A stretch of 64,000 nucleotides of DNA, from assembly GCA_020025195.1 (NCBI GenBank), contig JAHHSN010000004.1:21182-85181 (forward strand), written 5' to 3'. The notes beneath the pieces are model-generated. The model saw nothing but the letters and a program-made list of their open reading frames with translations. It did no database searches and was not told the origin of the DNA. The DNA comes from Angelakisella sp. GTDB lineage: Bacteria; Bacillota; Clostridia; Oscillospirales; Ruminococcaceae. This document shows positions 10,328 through 20,575 of the stretch, piece by piece. A program made the translations under genes and the position numbers. Positions within the stretch are counted from its first letter, which is position 1; the number at the start of each line of letters is the position of its first letter.

Positions 10328-11743
10328 ATGCAGAAAAGTGCGACCCAGAGCTTTCTGGAGCTGACGGCACAGCAGGATTTTTTAGGCGAGATCCGAGCGT
10401 ATCTCGCGGAGCATTTTGCGGCTCCGCCCCTCGCTTTTGTACATTCCTACGGCTGTCAGCAGAGCGTCTATGACGGCGAGCGCTATAAGGGGCTTCTTGC
10501 TCTGATGGGCTACGGCTTCACAGACGATCCCAAAAACGCCTCGCTTATTCTCTATAATACCTGTGCCGTGCGGGAAAACGCGGAGCAGCGGGTATTTGGC
10601 AATGTCGGCGCCCTCAAGGGACTCAAAAAGAAAAACCCGGAGCTTGTCATCGGGCTGGCCGGCTGTATGACCGAGCAGCCCCATGTGGCGGAAAAGCTCA
10701 AAATGAGCTACCCGTATGTCGATCTTGTGATGGGGGCCAATGCCTTTGGGCGGCTCCCGGAGCTTCTTTACCGGGTCCTCATCGGCAAAAAACGCAGCAT
10801 CCGGCGGGATCCCTCCGATGACCTAACCCTCTATGAGGATGTGCCGGTCATCCATGAATGTGACTTCAAAGCCTTTGTCCCCATCACCTACGGCTGTGAT
10901 AACTTCTGCTCCTACTGCATCGTGCCCTATGTGAGAGGACGGGAGAGAAGCCGTCGTCCGGAGGACGTCCTAGCGGAGGTTAGGGGACTGGTGGAAAAAG
11001 GCTGCAAGGAGATTACCCTCCTCGGCCAGAATGTCAATTCCTACGGGAAGGGACTGGAGCCCCCCATCCATTTCGCGGAGCTTCTCCGGCGGGTCAATGA
11101 CCTCCCGGGCGAATTTAAGATCCGCTTTATGACCTCTCACCCCAAAGACTGCACCCATGAGCTTATCGACGCCATTGCGGAGTGCAATAAGGTGGCGAAG
11201 CATCTTCACCTTCCGGTACAGAGCGGCAGCGATCGCATTCTGAAGGCGATGAACCGTCACTATGAGATCGGGCAGTACCGGGAGTTGATCGCCTATGCGA
11301 GAGAAAAGGTCCCGGGTATCACCCTCACCAGCGATATTATTGTCGGATTCCCCGGAGAAACGAGGGAAGACTTTGAGGAGACGCTGAGGCTCATTCAGGA
11401 CGTCCGCTATCACGCCCTCTTTACCTTCATCTATTCGCTGAGGAGCGGCACCGCGGCGGAGCATCTCCCGGACCCCATTCCCGCCGAGGAAAAATCCCGG
11501 TGGTTCCGGGAGCTTCTGGATGCGCAGGGCGCTATCGGGGGCGAGCTTCTCAAAGACTATGTCGGAAAGACCATCATCGTGCTGGCGGAAAGCTATGCGC
11601 CGGAGACCGGGCTCCTTTCCTGCCGAAGCGACGGAAACCTCATTGTGGAAACAGAGGGCCGTGAGGACATGGTGGGACAATTCATAAAAGTCACCGTGAC
11701 AGAAGCGATGAACTGGGCTCTCAGAGCCAAGACAGCAGAATAA
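10328..11743 (+). CDS. miaB: tRNA-i6A37 methylthiotransferase MiaB
   Basis: There is a UPF0004 N-domain (HSYGCQQS), the radical-SAM motif CDNFCSYCIVP and a C-terminal TRAM domain. ATG 10328 lies behind AGGAGG. The tracked ORF starts at 10304. Confidence 0.9.
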   Translation: MQKSATQSFLELTAQQDFLGEIRAYLAEHFAAPPLAFVHSYGCQQSVYDGERYKGLLALMGYGFTDDPKNASLILYNTCAVRENAEQRVFGNVGALKGLKKKNPELVIGLAGCMTEQPHVAEKLKMSYPYVDLVMGANAFGRLPELLYRVLIGKKRSIRRDPSDDLTLYEDVPVIHECDFKAFVPITYGCDNFCSYCIVPYVRGRERSRRPEDVLAEVRGLVEKGCKEITLLGQNVNSYGKGLEPPIHFAELLRRVNDLPGEFKIRFMTSHPKDCTHELIDAIAECNKVAKHLHLPVQSGSDRILKAMNRHYEIGQYRELIAYAREKVPGITLTSDIIVGFPGETREDFEETLRLIQDVRYHALFTFIYSLRSGTAAEHLPDPIPAEEKSRWFRELLDAQGAIGGELLKDYVGKTIIVLAESYAPETGLLSCRSDGNLIVETEGREDMVGQFIKVTVTEAMNWALRAKTAE

Positions 11744-11776
11744 ATTCAGTAAACAACCAAAATGGAGGAGAAACCT

Positions 11777-12190
11777 ATGACCATCGAAATGATTATTGAA
11801 AAAGCAAGAGAGCTTGGCTCTATGATTCAGGACAGTGACGACTTCGCGGCGTTCCTGGTGGCAAAGACCGCGGCGGACAAGAATGAAGAGCTGCAGGATC
11901 TTCTGGGACAGTTCAACCTCAAAAAGCTGGATCTCAACCGTGCCATCACCTCGAACGACGTGGACAAGGAGAAGGTGTCGGAGCTCAATCGGGAGATCCG
12001 GGACCTCTATGAGCGCATCATCCAGAATCCCCATATGATCGCCTACACCACCACCAAGGAAGAACTCGACAAGACCGTTCACTTTGTGGAGCAGATCATT
12101 CTTGGCAGTGCCGCGGGAGAGGACCCCTATGGCATTGAGGAGCAGGACGCCTGCGCCGGAGACTGCTCCTCCTGCGGCGGCTGCCACTAA
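11777..12190 (+). CDS. ymcA: YlbF/YmcA-family regulator (RicA-like) with a C-terminal Cys-rich tail
   Basis: The helical YlbF/YmcA-type sequence sits directly downstream of miaB, as ymcA does in B. subtilis. ATG 11777 is 6 nt after GGAGGAG. The tail is CAGDCSSCGGCH. Confidence 0.65.
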   Translation: MTIEMIIEKARELGSMIQDSDDFAAFLVAKTAADKNEELQDLLGQFNLKKLDLNRAITSNDVDKEKVSELNREIRDLYERIIQNPHMIAYTTTKEELDKTVHFVEQIILGSAAGEDPYGIEEQDACAGDCSSCGGCH

Positions 12191-12239
12191 AAAGCCGCCC
12201 GTAAAGCTCCGATTTTGACAGAAGGCAGGTGTTAGGACC

Positions 12240-14861
12240 GTGTCGCTGCTACCCACCGACCGCAGTGCGCTTTCCCCCATGATGCAGTATTATCTGGATC
12301 TTAAGCTGCAGCATCAGGATCAGATTCTGATGTTCCGGCTGGGGGATTTCTATGAGATGTTTTTTGACGATGCCGTATTGGTATCGCGGGAGCTGGAGCT
12401 CACCCTTACCGGGCGGGACTGCGGCCTGCCGGAGCGCGCCCCGATGTGCGGGGTGCCGTATCACAGCGTGGATAATTATATTGCCCGCCTTGTCAAAAAA
12501 GGTTACAAGGTCGCCGTTTGTGAGCAGCTGGAAAACCCGGCGCTCGCCAAAGGCTTGGTGAAGCGGGACATTGTCCGCGTCATCACCCCCGGTACCCTCA
12601 TGGAAGAAAATATGCTGGAGGAGGGCGCCAACAACTACCTCTGCAGCATCTACTATGAGGAGGGGAGATACGGGCTGGCCTTTGCTGACATCTCGACCGG
12701 AACGATGCTGGTGACCGAGGTCGCAAGCGACCATGAGGTAATGAACGAGCTGGGGAAATTCTCCCCCAACGAAATCATCTTCCATTCCGGCTTTTCGGAG
12801 CGGCGGGAGGTCGTTTCCTTCATCAAGGACAGGCTCTGCTGCGCCGCCCAGCACACCGAGGACGAAAGCTATGGCAAAGAGACCGCTTTCCGTACCGTTG
12901 GGGAGCAGTTCGGCGAGGAGCACCTTTCCGAAATGGGACTTGATGCTCTGCCGCTTGCGGTTTCGGCGCTCGGCGGACTGATCTCCTATCTTCGGGAGAC
13001 CCAGAAAAGCGGCCTGGAGCGGCTTCTTTCGGTCTCCTGCTATCAGCCGGAGCAGTATATGCATCTGGATCTCTCTGCCCGCCGGAACCTTGAGCTTACC
13101 GAGACGATGCGCTCCCGGGAAAAGAGAGGCTCCCTCCTCTGGGTCCTTGATAAAACCAAGACCTCAATGGGGAGAAGACTGCTTCGCACCAGCATCGAGC
13201 AGCCGCTCATCAATGCCGCCGCCATCAACCGCCGTCTCACCGCCGTTACGGAGCTGACCCGCAACAGTATTCTGGTGAGCCGCCTGGCGGAGGAGCTGGA
13301 CGGGGTCTATGATCTGGAACGGCTCATGACCCGTGTGGTCTACGGAAATCCGCTCCCCAAGGATCTCATTGCTTTGGGACTGACCACCCGCCGCCTGCCC
13401 GCCATCCGGGAGCTTCTTTCGGAGTCGGAGGCGTCCCTTCTGCAGGAAATCTATTCCGGCATCGATCTGTTGGAGGACGTCGGGGATCTCATCGCGGCGT
13501 CCATCGACGAGGAGAGCCGGCTTCCCCTTAAGGAGGGCGGCGTCATCCGGGACGGCTTTAACGAGGAGCTGGACCGCGCGAGAAATTACAGTGAAAACAC
13601 CCGGGGAATCATCCTCGCGATGGAGGAGGATGAAAAGGCCAAGACCGGCATCCGCACCCTCAAGATCGGCTACAACCGGGTCATGGGGTACTACATCGAG
13701 GTTTCCAAGTCTTTTTCCGAGATGGTTCCCGAAACCTATATCAGAAAGCAGACGCTTACCAACTGCGAGCGTTATATTACCCCGGAAATCAAGGAGCTGG
13801 AGGAAAAGATGCTCCATGCCGAGGCGGATATGATCGAGCTTGCGGCAAGGCTTTATGAGGAGGTCCGCCAGACCATTGCGGCGGAGCTTCCCCGCATCCA
13901 GAAGACGGCGGAATCCCTTGCGCTTCTGGACCTCCTCTGCAGCTTTGCCACCGCGGCGCTCAACAATAACTACTGCTGTCCCACCGTCGATCTCTCCGAC
14001 GTCATTGAGATCAGCGACGGGCGGCACCCCGTGGTGGAGCAGATGCTGGAGGGTGCGCCCTTTGTGCCGAACGATACCCGGCTTGATAACAGGGAACAGC
14101 AGATTGCTGTCATCACCGGCCCCAATATGGCGGGTAAATCCACCTATATGCGGCAGGTCGCCCTCATTGTGCTGATGGCGCAGATGGGTTCCTTTGTTCC
14201 GGCTTCCTCCGCTCACATCGGTATCGTGGACGGCATCTATACCAGAGTAGGCGCCTCGGATGACCTTTCAACGGGTCAGTCCACCTTTATGGTGGAGATG
14301 AGTGAGGTGGCTTCCATCCTGAAGACCGCCACCGATAAGAGCCTTCTTATTCTGGACGAGATCGGCCGCGGGACCTCCACCTTTGACGGTATGAGCATTG
14401 CCCGCGCCGTTATCGAATACATCGCCGACCGAAAACGTCTCGGCGCCAAGACCCTGTTTGCGACGCATTATCATGAGCTGACCGCCATGGAGGAACTGAT
14501 CCCCTCGGTCAGGAACTACAATATCGCCGTCAAAAAGAGGGGAGAGGACGTCGTGTTTCTGCGCCGCATCATTCCCGGCGGCGTGGATGAAAGCTACGGC
14601 ATCGAGGTCGCCAAGCTGGCGGGGATCCCCCGCTGGGTCATCGACCGTGCCTTTGAGGTCCTTTCCGCTTTGGAAAACGGAGACCCTGTTGAGGAAGCGA
14701 AGGTAAGGACCCGCGCCCGTCCCCGGGAGGAAAGCGAACAGCTTTTCTTCCAGGATGAAAAAGCGGAGACCATCAAGAAGAGGCTGCGGCAGGCAGACCC
14801 CAACACTCTGACGCCTTTGGAGGCGCTCAACCTTATTTATGAACTCAAGAAGCTTGTTTGA
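12240..14861 (+). CDS. mutS: DNA mismatch repair protein MutS
   Basis: SPMMQYYLDLK, Walker A GPNMAGKSTYMRQ and DEIGRGTSTFDG are present. Confidence 0.97.
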   Translation: MSLLPTDRSALSPMMQYYLDLKLQHQDQILMFRLGDFYEMFFDDAVLVSRELELTLTGRDCGLPERAPMCGVPYHSVDNYIARLVKKGYKVAVCEQLENPALAKGLVKRDIVRVITPGTLMEENMLEEGANNYLCSIYYEEGRYGLAFADISTGTMLVTEVASDHEVMNELGKFSPNEIIFHSGFSERREVVSFIKDRLCCAAQHTEDESYGKETAFRTVGEQFGEEHLSEMGLDALPLAVSALGGLISYLRETQKSGLERLLSVSCYQPEQYMHLDLSARRNLELTETMRSREKRGSLLWVLDKTKTSMGRRLLRTSIEQPLINAAAINRRLTAVTELTRNSILVSRLAEELDGVYDLERLMTRVVYGNPLPKDLIALGLTTRRLPAIRELLSESEASLLQEIYSGIDLLEDVGDLIAASIDEESRLPLKEGGVIRDGFNEELDRARNYSENTRGIILAMEEDEKAKTGIRTLKIGYNRVMGYYIEVSKSFSEMVPETYIRKQTLTNCERYITPEIKELEEKMLHAEADMIELAARLYEEVRQTIAAELPRIQKTAESLALLDLLCSFATAALNNNYCCPTVDLSDVIEISDGRHPVVEQMLEGAPFVPNDTRLDNREQQIAVITGPNMAGKSTYMRQVALIVLMAQMGSFVPASSAHIGIVDGIYTRVGASDDLSTGQSTFMVEMSEVASILKTATDKSLLILDEIGRGTSTFDGMSIARAVIEYIADRKRLGAKTLFATHYHELTAMEELIPSVRNYNIAVKKRGEDVVFLRRIIPGGVDESYGIEVAKLAGIPRWVIDRAFEVLSALENGDPVEEAKVRTRARPREESEQLFFQDEKAETIKKRLRQADPNTLTPLEALNLIYELKKLV

Positions 14862-14887
14862 CTTTAACTGAAAGGGAGGCGGAACGA

Positions 14888-16891
14888 TTGCCGAAGATCA
14901 ATCTTTTGGACAGAGAGACCGCGGAGCTTATAGCGGCCGGCGAGGTGGTCGACCGGCCTTCCTCCGTGGTGAAGGAACTGGTGGAAAACGCCATCGACGC
15001 GGGAGCCTCCGCCATCACCGTGGAAATCGGGAACGGCGGCGTTCGTCTCATCCGCGTGACCGATAACGGCTGCGGCATGGAGGAGGAGGACGTCCCCAAG
15101 GCGTTTTTGCGTCATGCCACCAGTAAAGTGCGGGAGGCGTCCGACCTCGACCGCATCGGGACGCTGGGTTTTCGGGGGGAGGCGCTGCCTTCCATCGCGG
15201 CGGTCTCCAAGGTGGAGGTGCTGACCCGCACAAAGGAAAATACCATTGGAACGCTTTATGAGCTTTCCGGGGAAACCGCAGGGCTTCTTTCCGAGGCCGG
15301 CTGTCCCGTCGGTACCACTGTGACGGTCCGGGATCTTTTTTATAATGTCCCGGCCCGAATGAAATTCCTCAAAAAGGATTCCACCGAGGCGGCGGCCGTA
15401 GCGACCCTTCTGGACCGGCTCGCTCTTTCCCACCCGGAGATCTCCTTTAAGCTCATCCGGGACCGGGAGACCCGCCTTTCCACTCCGGGAAAGGGCGATC
15501 TTTTGGCGACTGTCTATGCCGTTTACGGCAATGACTTCGGGAAGGGACTTATCCCTGTGGAGTGCACCGTGGGGCATTATACTGTGAAGGGCTTCCTTTC
15601 CCGCCCGGAATGCTGCCGCGCCACCCGGAGCATGGAGCATTTCTTCATCAATCACCGCTACGTGAAAAGCATGACCATGCTGGCGGCGGTGGAAGAATCC
15701 TATCGCAATCACCTCATGGTCGGGAAATTCCCCGGCTGTGTTCTTAATCTTACGCTGGACCCCGCCGAGGTGGACGTCAATGTTCACCCCGCCAAGCTGG
15801 AGGTCAAGCTTTCCGATGAACGGGGCGTCTTTGACGCCGTCTATACCGCCTGCCGCGGCGCCTTGGAGCGCATGAATCAGGCGGTGGCGGTGCGGGACGT
15901 CGCGCCGAAGCGGCACTCTCCGTTTGAAATTTCCAAGAAGCCGGAGGCGGTGCAGACCCGCATGTCCGCGGAGGAATACCGGAAGCTTGCAAGCCGCCCC
16001 GAAGCCCTCAAAAACTGCTATATGGAGCGGGTGGAGCCGCCGAAAAAGCTCTCCGTCCCGCCGAAGGAGCCGGGTGCTTACCGTCTGCAGAGCGGGGCGG
16101 AGGAGCGCTATGTCCAAGGTCTCCCGCCCAAGGGGACAGGCTATGGCGCCTCGGAAAAAAACGCGGAAAACGAAAAGCGGGAGGAAGCGCCTGCCCCCGC
16201 GCCTGTTCTGGAACGGGAGGAGCGGAGCGCTCCGGTCATCCATCCGGTCAAGGTCCCCGAACGGGAAGCGCTGATTCCGCCCCAAGAGGAACCGGCGCTC
16301 ATAAAGGAGGAAATCCCGCAGGCGCGGCTCATCGGGGAGCTGTTCCGCACCTTCCTTCTCGCGGAGGAGGGCGACCGCTTTCTGCTCATTGATAAGCACG
16401 CGGCGCATGAACGGATTAACTTTAATAAGCTCTTAAAACAGCACCGGGAGGGCATGGTGGAACGCCAGCTTTTGCTTTCTCCCATTATCCTCACGGTTTC
16501 CAAGGAGCTTTATGACACCGCGCTTTCCCACGGGGAGATTTTGTCCTCGGCGGGCTTCTCGGTGGAAAGCTTTGGGGAGGGCTGTCTCAGCATCCGGGAA
16601 ATTCCCGCCATCCTTCAGAATGAATCCACCGAGGATTTGGTGCTGACCCTTCTGGAAAAACTCCGCACCGGAAATCTCGGTTCCGCGGAGGATCTCTTTG
16701 ACGACCTCTATCATTCCGTTGCCTGCAAGGCCTCCATCAAGGGGAACATCGCTTCCTCCCGGGAGGAGCAGGAGGAGCTTCTGCGGCAGCTGATGGCGGA
16801 CTCCACCGTCCGCAACTGCCCCCACGGGCGTCCGGTCATGCTGGAGCTGACCCGTTATGAGGTGGAAAAAATGTTCGGACGGATTGTCTGA
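14888..16891 (+). CDS. mutL: DNA mismatch repair protein MutL
   Basis: IAAGEVVDRPSSVVKELVENAIDAG marks the GHKL ATPase domain, and a C-terminal dimerisation domain is present. The likely start is TTG 14888, 9 nt after GGGAGG. The tracked ORF starts at 14858. Confidence 0.93.
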   Translation: MPKINLLDRETAELIAAGEVVDRPSSVVKELVENAIDAGASAITVEIGNGGVRLIRVTDNGCGMEEEDVPKAFLRHATSKVREASDLDRIGTLGFRGEALPSIAAVSKVEVLTRTKENTIGTLYELSGETAGLLSEAGCPVGTTVTVRDLFYNVPARMKFLKKDSTEAAAVATLLDRLALSHPEISFKLIRDRETRLSTPGKGDLLATVYAVYGNDFGKGLIPVECTVGHYTVKGFLSRPECCRATRSMEHFFINHRYVKSMTMLAAVEESYRNHLMVGKFPGCVLNLTLDPAEVDVNVHPAKLEVKLSDERGVFDAVYTACRGALERMNQAVAVRDVAPKRHSPFEISKKPEAVQTRMSAEEYRKLASRPEALKNCYMERVEPPKKLSVPPKEPGAYRLQSGAEERYVQGLPPKGTGYGASEKNAENEKREEAPAPAPVLEREERSAPVIHPVKVPEREALIPPQEEPALIKEEIPQARLIGELFRTFLLAEEGDRFLLIDKHAAHERINFNKLLKQHREGMVERQLLLSPIILTVSKELYDTALSHGEILSSAGFSVESFGEGCLSIREIPAILQNESTEDLVLTLLEKLRTGNLGSAEDLFDDLYHSVACKASIKGNIASSREEQEELLRQLMADSTVRNCPHGRPVMLELTRYEVEKMFGRIV

Positions 16892-16915
16892 GTCTTTTTA
16901 GAAAGGAGTGTCCCT

Positions 16916-17881
16916 GTGCCGAAATTCGGAGAACGCCCCCTTTTGGCGGTGATCGGCCCCACGGCGTCGGGAAAGACCTCTCTCGGAGTCCTGCTTGCCA
17001 AGGAGCTGAACGGAGAGGTGGTTTCCGCCGATTCCATGCAGATCTACCGCGGCATGGAGGTGGGGACCGCCAGGCCGACCGAGGAGGAGATGCAGGGCAT
17101 CCCGCATCATCTCATGGGCTTTCTTACGCCGGGGGAACGCTTTTCTGTCGCGGAGTATGCTGTTCTCGCAAGAAAAACCATCGACGAGATCCATGCCCGG
17201 GGAAAGCTCCCTATTTTGGTGGGAGGGACCGGGCTTTATGTAAAAGCGATTGTAGATCATATTCAATATGACGGCGAGGCGCTCACCGATCCCGCGCTTC
17301 GGGAAAGCCTCAGAGCCCTTGCCGAAGAAAAGGGAAATGAGGCGGTTTGGGAGGAGCTGAAGTGTCTGGACCCCGAGACTGCCGGGAGCCTGCACCCCAA
17401 TAATCTGGGACGGGTCATCCGTGCTTTGGAGGTCATAAAGACGACCGGAAAGAGCATTCGGGAGCAGGTGGCCGCCAGCAGGACGGAGCCCTGCCCCTAT
17501 CGGGTGCTTCAGCTGGGACTTAACTTTAAGGAACGGGAGACGCTCTACCGCCGCATCGACCGCCGGGTGGACGTCATGCTGGAGGAGGGATTGCTTCCTG
17601 AGGCACGCCGGCTTTATGAGATGGGGCTTTCCGGCACTGCCGGGCAGGCCATCGGCTATAAGGAATTTGCTCCTTATTTTCGAGGAGAATCTTCTCTCGA
17701 GGAGGCAATAGACTGCCTTAAGCGGGAGACCCGCCGCTACGCAAAGCGTCAGCTCACTTGGTTTGGACGGGATGAACGGATCCATTGGATCGTTTCGGAC
17801 GCGCTCTTACCGGGCGAAACGGTCCGAAAGACCGCGCTTTCTATCATCAGAAAGGAATGGGGGAACAGCGATGAAGAATAA
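16916..17881 (+). CDS. miaA: tRNA dimethylallyltransferase
   Basis: P-loop GPTASGKTS, SADSMQIYRGM and QLTWF are present. Confidence 0.95.
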   Translation: MPKFGERPLLAVIGPTASGKTSLGVLLAKELNGEVVSADSMQIYRGMEVGTARPTEEEMQGIPHHLMGFLTPGERFSVAEYAVLARKTIDEIHARGKLPILVGGTGLYVKAIVDHIQYDGEALTDPALRESLRALAEEKGNEAVWEELKCLDPETAGSLHPNNLGRVIRALEVIKTTGKSIREQVAASRTEPCPYRVLQLGLNFKERETLYRRIDRRVDVMLEEGLLPEARRLYEMGLSGTAGQAIGYKEFAPYFRGESSLEEAIDCLKRETRRYAKRQLTWFGRDERIHWIVSDALLPGETVRKTALSIIRKEWGNSDEE

Positions 17882-19082
17882 CGGACTTGTGAAGGTCGTT
17901 GCGGGCGTTTTGGTATTTTTCTTTGTGGCATTTGCCGGTTATCACGCGTTTCGCCATTACTTCAGCGACTACACTACCGTAAGCCCTTTAAGACAGACGG
18001 TGAGTCGCTCTGTTCTCACCGAGGGTATTATGATCCGGGAGGAAAAGGCGCTTGCCGTCCCGGCGGCGGGCACCGTTCGCTATACCGCCGAGGAGGGGAA
18101 AAAGGTAAAGGTCGGTTCGGTCATCGGCTATTCCCATGCAAGCCCTCTGGAGGCTTCCACCGCCGCGGAGGCGGAAAAGAAGCGCCATGAGCTGGAGATG
18201 CTGAAACGGCTGGAGGACCAGTACCAGCAGATCCCCTTCAAGAAGGCGGAGCAAATTTCCGGGGAGATCGACATTGGGCTTGTGGATCTCAGCCGGGAGA
18301 TCCTTTCCGGCAATTTTTCCGCTCTGGAGGCGGAAAAGCTTGCCCTGCAGGAGGGACTCAATACCCGCGCCCTCCTTATGAAGGAAGGGAACGCGCTCAC
18401 GGAGCGGGTAGAGGAGCTTTCCGGTGCGTCGGAGGCGGGGGGAGGGACCCCCATCCGCAGCGATGGGGTGGGCTATTTCTCCCACTTCGTTGACCATATG
18501 GAGAACACGCTGACCCCCGACCTCATCGGGAACCTTTCTTCGGAGGAATTTCGCACCCTCATGGAAAAGGAAGTCGTCTTTGAGGAAAACGCTTTCGGCA
18601 AGGTGATTACGGACGACACCTGGTATTTTGTCGCCGAGATCCCGGCAGAGCAGGCGGAAGGCTTCTTTGAGGGAGGGGCGGTGACCCTTTCCTTTTCCGG
18701 GAGCGGCAACAGTGCCGTTCCGGCAAGAGTCCATCTGCTGGAGCCTTCTCCGAATGGAAAGACTGTCCTCATGACGGTCATCGGAGACGTCATCACGCCC
18801 GATGTGGTCTCTCACCGAATCGCTTCGGTCAAGATTTCCTCCAAATCTTACACGGGACTTCGCTTTGATGCGTCGCTCCTGCACGTCATTGACCGGCAGA
18901 AGGGCGTCTATGTGGATGGCGGTTACTTCGTCAAATTCAAAAAAGTGGACATAATCTATACCGGAAACGACTATTATCTCAGCCGTCTCAATTATTCCAG
19001 CGAGGATTCGCTCAACCTCTTTGATAAGCTGATCATCTCGGATAAGGAGCTTTATGACGGGATGCCGTTGGAAGATTTATAA
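17871..19082 (+). CDS. HlyD-like membrane-fusion-family protein (single N-terminal TM, coiled coil, beta-barrel C-terminus)
   Basis: ATG 17871 overlaps the miaA stop. The TM helix is LVKVVAGVLVFFFVAFAGY, followed by a lipoyl-like hairpin and a long coiled coil. Confidence 0.5.
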   Translation: MKNNGLVKVVAGVLVFFFVAFAGYHAFRHYFSDYTTVSPLRQTVSRSVLTEGIMIREEKALAVPAAGTVRYTAEEGKKVKVGSVIGYSHASPLEASTAAEAEKKRHELEMLKRLEDQYQQIPFKKAEQISGEIDIGLVDLSREILSGNFSALEAEKLALQEGLNTRALLMKEGNALTERVEELSGASEAGGGTPIRSDGVGYFSHFVDHMENTLTPDLIGNLSSEEFRTLMEKEVVFEENAFGKVITDDTWYFVAEIPAEQAEGFFEGGAVTLSFSGSGNSAVPARVHLLEPSPNGKTVLMTVIGDVITPDVVSHRIASVKISSKSYTGLRFDASLLHVIDRQKGVYVDGGYFVKFKKVDIIYTGNDYYLSRLNYSSEDSLNLFDKLIISDKELYDGMPLEDL

Positions 19083-19108
19083 GAATCGGCAAGGAACAAG
19101 GATTTTGA

Positions 19109-19137
19109 TTGACAGGACCCCCTTAAAATGGGATAAT
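19109..19137 (+). promoter_or_regulatory. sigma-A type promoter upstream of sepF
   Basis: TTGACA, a 17-nt spacer, then GATAAT. Confidence 0.45.
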
Positions 19138-19180
19138 AAGCTATAAGAATGTATTAGTATATTAAGGGCAGGTGGCAAAT

Positions 19181-19675
19181 ATGGGTATTATCAATAAATT
19201 CAAAGATTTTATGGGTGTCGGTGACGACGATTATGATGAGGAGGAATTCGGGACTGCAGAGCAGGAAAACGATTTTGATACCGATTTCGAAAGCTTTGCG
19301 TCAGAACCTTACGAAAAATCCAAATCGGAGTGGAAAGGGAAGTCCTCCCGGGATAAAAAGGAAGCCGACAGCAAGGTCGTCAATATTTCCTCTAGCGCAC
19401 AGATGCAGGTCATCTTGGTGAAGCCGGATAAATTTGACGACGCCAGCGGCATTGCCGATCACCTGAGAGCAAAGCGCTCTGTGGTGATGAATCTGGAGGC
19501 GACCAATCGGGAGGTTGCCAGACGTCTCATCGATTTTTTGAGCGGTGTTGCTTATACCATCGGCGGCGCAATCAAAAAGGTCGCCAATTCCACTTATATC
19601 ATCACACCCTGTAATGTAGATCTGATGGGTGAGGAGCTTTTGGACGAGATCGAAAACAGCGGTCTTTATTTCTGA
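19181..19675 (+). CDS. sepF: cell division protein SepF
   Basis: There is an N-terminal amphipathic MGIINKFKDFMGV and a DUF552 core (VILVKPDKFDDASGIADHLRAKRSVVMNLE). The tracked ORF starts at GTG 19172. Confidence 0.9.
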   Translation: MGIINKFKDFMGVGDDDYDEEEFGTAEQENDFDTDFESFASEPYEKSKSEWKGKSSRDKKEADSKVVNISSSAQMQVILVKPDKFDDASGIADHLRAKRSVVMNLEATNREVARRLIDFLSGVAYTIGGAIKKVANSTYIITPCNVDLMGEELLDEIENSGLYF

Positions 19676-19696
19676 CGCTAGGGAGGCTAAATTCTA

Positions 19697-20515
19697 ATGG
19701 AAGACAATCTTTATAATCCGCAGTTCAGCAAAGGTTTTTCCGGCTATAAGCCCGAAGAGGTCGATCATTATGTGGACCAGCTTCTTTCGATGATCCGCTC
19801 TCTGAAAGAAGAAAATGAGACGCTGGAGGAAAAAATCGGCGTTCTCGCGGAAAGCATCCAGAAGTATCGTGAGGACGAGGACAGCCTGCGGGAAGCTCTC
19901 CTTGGGGCGCAGAAGATGGGGGATTCCATCATCAAAAACGCCAACAACAAGGCGGAGCTCACCATGCGGGAAGCCTCTGTCAAGGCGTCCCATATCGTAC
20001 AGGAAGCGCACCAGAAGGTCGAGCAGGAGAAATCCGAGCTGATCCGTGTGCAGCAGGAGGTCGCCGCATTTAAGGCGTCTCTCATTGATATGTATCGTGG
20101 GCACATCGAGAGTATCACCAAGATGCCCAGTTTCGAAACCGCTCCCAAAGAGGAAGCAGAGCCTGCAGAGAAACCCGTAGAGGAACCTGCTGATGAGAAG
20201 GTTACCCCGGCCCCGGAGGAGCCGGTAGAGGCTCTTGAGGAGGAAGAGACTGTAAAAGAGGAACTTCTTCTGGAGGAACAGACCGAGGCAGACGAGCCCG
20301 AGACTGAAGAAACGGCAGAATCGGAGGCAGATGACACTGTGGAGGCCATCCCCTTTACACCCGTTCCCGAGGCGGGAGCGGACATTTTCGAGGAGTTTGA
20401 GAAGAAAAAATCCGAGATCCTCAATTTTGATATCGGTGAGGAGCCTGTCAAGCGCGGTAAATTCTCCGGTCTCAAATTCGGTAGTCAGTTCAGCCTCATG
20501 GATGACGACGAATAA
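19697..20515 (+). CDS. divIVA: DivIVA-domain protein
   Basis: The N-terminal FSKGFSGYKPEEVDHYVDQL is followed by a coiled coil and an acidic tail. Confidence 0.85.
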   Translation: MEDNLYNPQFSKGFSGYKPEEVDHYVDQLLSMIRSLKEENETLEEKIGVLAESIQKYREDEDSLREALLGAQKMGDSIIKNANNKAELTMREASVKASHIVQEAHQKVEQEKSELIRVQQEVAAFKASLIDMYRGHIESITKMPSFETAPKEEAEPAEKPVEEPADEKVTPAPEEPVEALEEEETVKEELLLEEQTEADEPETEETAESEADDTVEAIPFTPVPEAGADIFEEFEKKKSEILNFDIGEEPVKRGKFSGLKFGSQFSLMDDDE

Positions 20516-20575
20516 CAGAAGAATAATCAAAACTACGTCTGCGGGCCGATTTTTCGTTCCGCAGACTTTTGAGGA

